A stretch of DNA of 64,000 nucleotides, from positions 60,673-124,672 of the forward strand of contig CAYQWX010000001.1 of NCBI GenBank assembly GCA_964421355.1. Reading direction: 5' to 3'. The stretch comes from an uncultured Bacteroidales bacterium (GTDB lineage: Bacteria > Bacteroidota > Bacteroidia > Bacteroidales > JALTDM01). Position numbers and translations under genes: made by a program. A model generated the notes under the pieces. It was given only the letters and a program-made list of their open reading frames with translations. It had not been told where the DNA came from and ran no database searches. Of this stretch, positions 58,533 through 64,000 are shown piece by piece (within the stretch, counting starts at the first letter, position 1; each line of letters starts with the position of its first letter).

Positions 58533-58718
58533 CCACATACAAGGCATCATGCTTTGTATAGTTGATTGTAAAACAACTCTATGTATTTTATAATGCTTAT
58601 TATAAGCCTTTTTGATCTCCAATAAATTCCGCAAGTTTTTATATGACAGTCTTAATTAGTATCTCCCATTTTTTCTAAATATTTAAAAACACCTAATAAT
58701 TTGTGCTTGATTATTCCT

Positions 58719-58726
58719 TAATTTTG
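58719..58726 (+). promoter_or_regulatory. -7 box (TAATTTTG) for alaS
   Basis: TAnnTTTG, 27 nt upstream of the ATG at 58753. The ORF-track GTG start at 58726 overlaps it. Confidence 0.45.
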
Positions 58727-58752
58727 TGCCATTAAATAAAATTTATACTATT

Positions 58753-61389
58753 ATGATGACTTCAAAGGAAATAAGAAAAAGATTCCTTCAATATTTTGAG
58801 ACCAAGGGACATAAAATATATCCGTCTGCTCCTATAGTATTAAAAGATGACCCTACTTTGATGTTTGTAAATGCAGGGATGAATAGTTTCAAAGATGTTT
58901 TTTTAGGACTAAAATCTCCCAAAGATAAAAGAGTGGCAAACAGCCAAAAATGTTTAAGAGTATCGGGCAAACATAATGATTTGGAAGAAGTGGGAAAAGA
59001 TGGTTATCATCATACAATGTTTGAAATGCTTGGCAATTGGTCTTTTGGTGATTATTTCAAGAAAGAAGCAATAACTTTTGCTTGGGAATTTCTTACTGAT
59101 ATATTGGGAATAGATAAAGATAGGTTATACGTTACAGTATTTGAAGGTAATGAAAAAGAGGGACTGGAACGTGATGAAGATGCGTTGAAATATTGGAAAG
59201 AACATATAGATGAAACTCGCATATTATTTGGAAACAAAAAGGATAATTTTTGGGAAATGGGAGAGCAAGGTCCTTGTGGTCCATCTTCGGAGATACATAT
59301 AGACATACGTTCTGACGAGGAGCGAAAAAAGCTGGATGGTAGAGAATTGGTAAATAAAGATCATCCTGAAGTAGTAGAGTTATGGAACTTGGTTTTTATA
59401 CAATACAACCGTATGGCAGATGGTAGCCTTGAACCTTTACCTAATAAACATATAGATACAGGAATGGGACTTGAACGTTTGGCTATGGTTATGCAGATGA
59501 AAAAGTCAAATTATGATACTGATTTGTTTATGCCCATTATTCGCAAGATAGAAGCAATATCGGGATATACTTATGGTAGTGATTCTCAAAAAGATATAGC
59601 TGTGCGTGTGATAAGTGACCATATAAGGGCAATATCTTTTACTATTGCAGATGGACAGCTACCTTCCAATACGGGAGCAGGATATGTAATACGCCGTATT
59701 CTAAGACGTGCAGTAAGATATGGTTTTACATTCTTGGATATTAAAAATCCGTTTTTGTATAAACTTTTATCTGCTTTGATAGAAGTATTGGGTGATCATT
59801 ATCCAGAATTGATCCAACAAAAAGATTTTGTGGAAAAAGTAATTTTTGAAGAGGAAAAATCATTTTTAAGAACTTTGGAAACAGGATTGAAACTCTTGAG
59901 TGTGATTATAGAAGATGCAAAACAGAAGGGTCTAAAAAAAATACCAGGAAAAATAGCATTTGAACTTTATGATACCTATGGATTTCCAAAAGATTTAACT
60001 GCTCTTATTCTTCAAGAGCATGATTTAATATTTGATGAAAAAGAATTTGAAGCCGAAATGAACAAACAAAAACAGCGTTCCAAAGATGCTGCTCAAAAAA
60101 CGGAAACCGATTGGGTAATAATTAGGAAAGATGATAAGGAAGAATTTGTTGGTTATGATAATCTTACAACAAATATCTTAATAACTAAATATAAAGAAAT
60201 AAATCAAAAAGGGAAAAAATTATATCACCTTGTATTCAATATTACTCCATTTTATCCCGAAAGCGGAGGACAAGTAGGAGACAAAGGCTACATTATTTCA
60301 AATAGTGGAGAGAAAATAGATATAATAGATACACAAAAAGAACATGATGTAATAATACATATTACGCATAAATTACCAACCGATATAACAGAAGAGTTCA
60401 CTGCCATAGTAGATTTTGACAGAAGGAAGAAAACTATGGCAAATCATAGTGCAACCCATTTACTACATTTTGCTTTGCGTAAAACACTTGGTACTCATGT
60501 TGCCCAAAGAGGCTCATTGGTAACACCAGATTATTTAAGGTTTGATTTCTCTCATTTCCAAAAGGTTACAGATGAAGAGTTACAGAAAGTAGAAGATTTG
60601 GTAAATAAGTTGATAAGGGAAAATTATCCTCTTGATGAAAAACGTAATGTCCCTAAAACAGAGGCTACAAAAATGGGAGCAATGGCTTTGTTTGGAGAGA
60701 AATATGGAGATACGGTAAGAGTAATACAGTTTGGAGAATCTGTTGAATTATGCGGTGGTACTCATGTGAGGGCAACAGGAGAAATAGGTTGTTTCAAAAT
60801 TATACAAGAAACCTCTGTTGCTGCAGGTGTCCGTAGAATAGAGGCTGTTACAGCAGAGGGTGCTTTGAAATATGTAAACGATAAATTATCACAACTTAAA
60901 ACTATTGCTTCATTATTTAATAATAGAAAAGATTTAGTGCAAGCAGTAGAAAAAACTTTGGAAGAAAATAATAATCTAAAGTATCAAATAGAAAATATGT
61001 TGCAAGAAAAGGTAAATTCTATTTTTGAAAACTTGATAAGTAAAGCAACAGAAGAAAATGGCATAAGATTTATTACAGATGTTATAAAGTTGGATAATGC
61101 TAATCAGTTGAAACAAATAGGTTTTGATATACGCAAAACTCAAGAAAAAACTATTGTAATTGTCGGAGCCAATATTTCAGGGAAACCACAATTGCTTATT
61201 GCCGCCACGGATGATGTGGTAAAAAATTACGGAATAAATGCAGGCAATATAGTGAGAGAGGCAGCAAAAGAAATAAAAGGTGGAGGTGGTGGTCAACCAT
61301 TTCTTGCTGTAGCAGGAGGTAAAGATGTGAGTGGATTACAAAGGGCAGTAAATAAAGCAAAAGAAACTTGTATGCAAGAAGTAAAATGA
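58753..61389 (+). CDS. alaS: alanine--tRNA ligase
   Basis: FLQYFE.KGH, NAGMN.FK, WNLVFIQYNR, editing-domain HSATHLLH and CGGTHV. Confidence 0.95.
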   Translation: MMTSKEIRKRFLQYFETKGHKIYPSAPIVLKDDPTLMFVNAGMNSFKDVFLGLKSPKDKRVANSQKCLRVSGKHNDLEEVGKDGYHHTMFEMLGNWSFGDYFKKEAITFAWEFLTDILGIDKDRLYVTVFEGNEKEGLERDEDALKYWKEHIDETRILFGNKKDNFWEMGEQGPCGPSSEIHIDIRSDEERKKLDGRELVNKDHPEVVELWNLVFIQYNRMADGSLEPLPNKHIDTGMGLERLAMVMQMKKSNYDTDLFMPIIRKIEAISGYTYGSDSQKDIAVRVISDHIRAISFTIADGQLPSNTGAGYVIRRILRRAVRYGFTFLDIKNPFLYKLLSALIEVLGDHYPELIQQKDFVEKVIFEEEKSFLRTLETGLKLLSVIIEDAKQKGLKKIPGKIAFELYDTYGFPKDLTALILQEHDLIFDEKEFEAEMNKQKQRSKDAAQKTETDWVIIRKDDKEEFVGYDNLTTNILITKYKEINQKGKKLYHLVFNITPFYPESGGQVGDKGYIISNSGEKIDIIDTQKEHDVIIHITHKLPTDITEEFTAIVDFDRRKKTMANHSATHLLHFALRKTLGTHVAQRGSLVTPDYLRFDFSHFQKVTDEELQKVEDLVNKLIRENYPLDEKRNVPKTEATKMGAMALFGEKYGDTVRVIQFGESVELCGGTHVRATGEIGCFKIIQETSVAAGVRRIEAVTAEGALKYVNDKLSQLKTIASLFNNRKDLVQAVEKTLEENNNLKYQIENMLQEKVNSIFENLISKATEENGIRFITDVIKLDNANQLKQIGFDIRKTQEKTIVIVGANISGKPQLLIAATDDVVKNYGINAGNIVREAAKEIKGGGGGQPFLAVAGGKDVSGLQRAVNKAKETCMQEVK

Positions 61390-61420
61390 TAAGTTAGAGG
61401 TTTTTAGAAAGTCTAATAAA

Positions 61421-61453
61421 AAAGGGCATCTTTTCATAGATGCCCTTTTTTTA
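61421..61453 (+). terminator. intrinsic (bidirectional) terminator after alaS
   Basis: AAAGGGCATC..GATGCCCTTT stem flanked by an A-run and a T-run. Confidence 0.7.
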
Positions 61454-61470
61454 TTTATAGATACTAAATT

Positions 61471-62343
61471 TTATTGTTTTACCATAATTACCAAGTATTT
61501 GGATATACTCCAAAACTTTTCAGGGTCTTTTATGATGAGTTTTTCTACTTTACCATCTTTTGTTACCAGTTCATAAGAACTTTTGGGATGAGAAGTAACT
61601 ATTTGAGCTTTCTTTGCGAGTATAGGAATTTCTTTCATTTCTCTGATGTCTATTGTAGTAAAGTAGCTGGTGTTTAATTCTTCTTGCAGTTTTACTATTC
61701 TGCCTATACCAACAAATCCACCTGTTTTAGTTATAATCTTTTTTTCCAGCAATTCTTTTTTACTACCGATTACATAATATGCAGTATGTAATTGTTGATC
61801 TTGTGTGTTTATTGTTTGTTCTTTTTTTGCATTTTCAATAGAAAGCGAATCTACATTGGTTTCCAATACATTGATTTGAATATTCAGTGCTTCCAATTTT
61901 TTCTTCAAATCTGCAATTTCTACATCTTTGGCTTGTAGTTGTTTTTCTAATGAAGCAATTGTTTTTTGAAGTGATTTTATTTTAATTCCTGCAGAGTGCA
62001 TCCTTCGTTGCAAGCGTTTTAATTTGTCTTTATTTGCTTGTAAAAGATCATAAATTGTTTGGATATCTTTATTTATTTGGTCTTTTACTTCGGGAGTATT
62101 TTCAAAGTTTGTAGCATCTACATTTATTATGTTTTCTTTTTGCTTTATGGTATTCAAGTTTTCTTGTATTTCATTAAAAGCGGAAAAAAATTCATCTACT
62201 ACACTGTCTTTTTCAGTTAATACTTTTTTTAAACTGTCTTGTTGTTGTTGCAATTGTTTCAATTCTTCTTCGTGAGTATTACACGATGTAAACCATAGCA
62301 TACTTGCGATAATGGTAAACAAACCTATTGTCTTAATTTTCAT
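61471..62343 (-). CDS. coiled-coil lipoprotein, function unknown
   Basis: Lipobox ..WFTSCNT, long heptad-like Gln/Lys/Leu-rich region, globular C-terminus. Confidence 0.5.
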   Translation of the reverse strand: MKIKTIGLFTIIASMLWFTSCNTHEEELKQLQQQQDSLKKVLTEKDSVVDEFFSAFNEIQENLNTIKQKENIINVDATNFENTPEVKDQINKDIQTIYDLLQANKDKLKRLQRRMHSAGIKIKSLQKTIASLEKQLQAKDVEIADLKKKLEALNIQINVLETNVDSLSIENAKKEQTINTQDQQLHTAYYVIGSKKELLEKKIITKTGGFVGIGRIVKLQEELNTSYFTTIDIREMKEIPILAKKAQIVTSHPKSSYELVTKDGKVEKLIIKDPEKFWSISKYLVIMVKQ

Positions 62344-62393
62344 GATTTTTGTTTTTTATTTGGTTGCAAATGTATTATTATTTTCTTAAAATA

Positions 62394-63425
62394 TTACAAC
62401 GTTATTTCTCCTGCAATATTTTTTTGAAGCAGTATTTTTACATTGTGTATGTTCATTTGTTTGCCAAGTAGGAACATCAATTTTGTTACTGCGGCTTCCA
62501 ATGTTATATCAGCACCTCCAATAACTCCAATATCCATTAACTTCCTTCCGTTTTCATACAAATCCATATTTACGCTACCTGCAACACATTGTGATACATT
62601 ATAAATAATTATTCCTTTGGCTATGGCTTCTTTTAGCAGAGAGATAAACCAATCTGCTGACATAGCATTACCTGCTCCAAATGTTTCTAATATAATTCCT
62701 TTTAATCCTTGTATGTTTAATATGCTTTTAACCGTAGATTGATTTATGCCCGGAAAAATTTTTAGAATGGCAATATTTTCGTCCATTTTTCTGTAAAATA
62801 CAGGAAATTGATCTAATTGTGGATAAAAAATTTGTTTGCGATTGTATTTTATTTTTATTCCTGCTTCTGCCAACGGGGGATAATTAGGAGAAGAAAATGC
62901 ATCAAAATATTCGGCGTTGTATTTAGTTGTTCTATTACCTCTGTAAAGTTTGTTTTCAAAATAAATGCAAACTTCGGGGACTTTTGGCTTCCCATTGTCA
63001 AATTTATCTGCAGCAATTTCTATTGCAGTAATTAAGTTTTCTTTCCCGTCTGTTCTCAACATTCCTATAGGTAATTGTGAACCTGTAAAAATGATAGGTT
63101 TGTTTAAATTTTGTATTAAAAAACTCAAAGCGGAAGCAGAGTAAGCCATTGTGTCTGTGCCATGTAAAATCACAAAACCATCGTAATTGATATAATTGTT
63201 TTCTATTATATTTACTAATTCTATCCATTCTTTTATACCTATGTCGGAAGAATCTATAGGTTGGTCAAAAGAAATTGAATCTATTTGTATTTTAAATTGT
63301 TTTAGGTCCGGTATATACTCAAAGATATGAGAAAAATCAAAAGGTTGTAATGCTCCTGTTTCCGGATTAGTTATCATTCCTATTGTGCCACCTGTGTAAA
63401 TCAGTAAAATTTTACTTTCTTCCAT
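62394..63425 (-). CDS. ansA: type I L-asparaginase
   Basis: ILLIYTGGTIGM and HGTDTM motifs. I chose the ATG at 63425 (MEESKILLIY..), which avoids overlap with the upstream gene. Confidence 0.88.
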   Translation of the reverse strand: MEESKILLIYTGGTIGMITNPETGALQPFDFSHIFEYIPDLKQFKIQIDSISFDQPIDSSDIGIKEWIELVNIIENNYINYDGFVILHGTDTMAYSASALSFLIQNLNKPIIFTGSQLPIGMLRTDGKENLITAIEIAADKFDNGKPKVPEVCIYFENKLYRGNRTTKYNAEYFDAFSSPNYPPLAEAGIKIKYNRKQIFYPQLDQFPVFYRKMDENIAILKIFPGINQSTVKSILNIQGLKGIILETFGAGNAMSADWFISLLKEAIAKGIIIYNVSQCVAGSVNMDLYENGRKLMDIGVIGGADITLEAAVTKLMFLLGKQMNIHNVKILLQKNIAGEITL

Positions 63426-63439
63426 ATAAAATAGGGTTA

Positions 63440-64000
63440 TTAAAAATCCATACATAAACTTAAATAAAATACCCGTGGTAGTATTACATCTCCATCTATT
63501 CCCCAAGCCCAATCTGCTCTTACAAAATATCCTAAAATACGACTACGCAAACCGAAACCATATCCCATAATGTAAGGTGAACGGTCTTGATTTAATATTA
63601 CCGTAACAGGTCCATTATTTATAATTTGTGTGTTGTATTTGTTTTCGTCGGAGGATGGAGATTTACCACTCCAAGCACTTCCGATATCGTAAAATAATAT
63701 AAGTTGCAAGTCTCTGAAAAATCCCGAATTGATTGGGTGTCGTGAAAAATAACTTACAAATGGCCAACGAATTTCATTATTACTAACAAGGAATGTTGTT
63801 CCATTACGTGCATTTTGTATAAAGCCTCGCATGTTAGTTGCTAAAGCCTGAAACACATAAGGTTTGGAATAATCAATTGGAGTGCTTACATCAAAAGTAG
63901 GCGTTTTGCTTGATAAATTTATCCAGTTATCTACTCCTCCCAAGTAATAAATCAAAAGTTTGTGTCCGAAAGACTTACTGCCAGCTATTCTATTTGCCAA
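63440..64000 (-). CDS. Omp85/BamA-family outer-membrane beta-barrel, C-terminal part (continues beyond the window)
   Basis: ..GYGFGLRSRILGYFVRADWAWGID.. and a terminal aromatic residue (..CMDF). Confidence 0.6.
   Translation of the reverse strand: MANRIAGSKSFGHKLLIYYLGGVDNWINLSSKTPTFDVSTPIDYSKPYVFQALATNMRGFIQNARNGTTFLVSNNEIRWPFVSYFSRHPINSGFFRDLQLILFYDIGSAWSGKSPSSDENKYNTQIINNGPVTVILNQDRSPYIMGYGFGLRSRILGYFVRADWAWGIDGDVILPRVFYLSLCMDF

Noticed and set aside
58390-58593. 67-aa ORF (and the overlapping 58362..58565) across copy B of the repeat, considered as a small protein gene
   Set aside because: The equivalent frame in copy A is interrupted: there is a TAG upstream and only a 33-codon ATG ORF. 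A 1-nt indel shifts the frame between the copies. There is no shared start codon or N-terminus.

Overview
This is a strongly AT-rich chromosomal segment (roughly 30% G+C by eye) that looks like Bacteroidota. Three things support that: several secreted proteins end in T9SS-type C-terminal sorting domains, TAnnTTTG '-7' promoter boxes sit 17-38 nt upstream of many start codons, and the rpmB-rpmG-DUF4295-ftsY synteny is present. Most of the roughly 60 genes are housekeeping: ackA, nadA, miaB, purM, purC, cdd, alaS, ansA, sucD, mgtE, smpB, dusB, waaA, ftsY, rpmB, rpmG, trx, SRP RNA, tRNA-Cys and tRNA-Lys. The rest includes a TetR-controlled TolC/MFP/RND efflux operon, a CydDC-like ABC exporter pair, a MATE exporter, secreted S1 and C10 proteases, and several operons of exported proteins with unknown function. 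I found no transposase, integrase, phage gene, CRISPR array or recognisable defence system. Five loci are the most worth following up. (1) A fusion protein joining ferredoxin, DUF1858, DUF2249 and an NMT1-like binding domain, encoded directly upstream of a YeeE/YedE sulfur transporter. (2) An ArsR-led operon encoding a TSUP permease, an iron-sulfur flavoprotein, an OsmC-like protein and a His-rich membrane protein, with a candidate operator. (3) A conserved intergenic element of about 128 nt, present twice in inverted orientation, each copy placed distally upstream of the gene it faces. (4) A T9SS cargo gene broken by at least two frameshifts. (5) A perfect 34-bp palindrome over the tetR promoter. 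All protein family calls come from motif recognition by eye, not from database searches.
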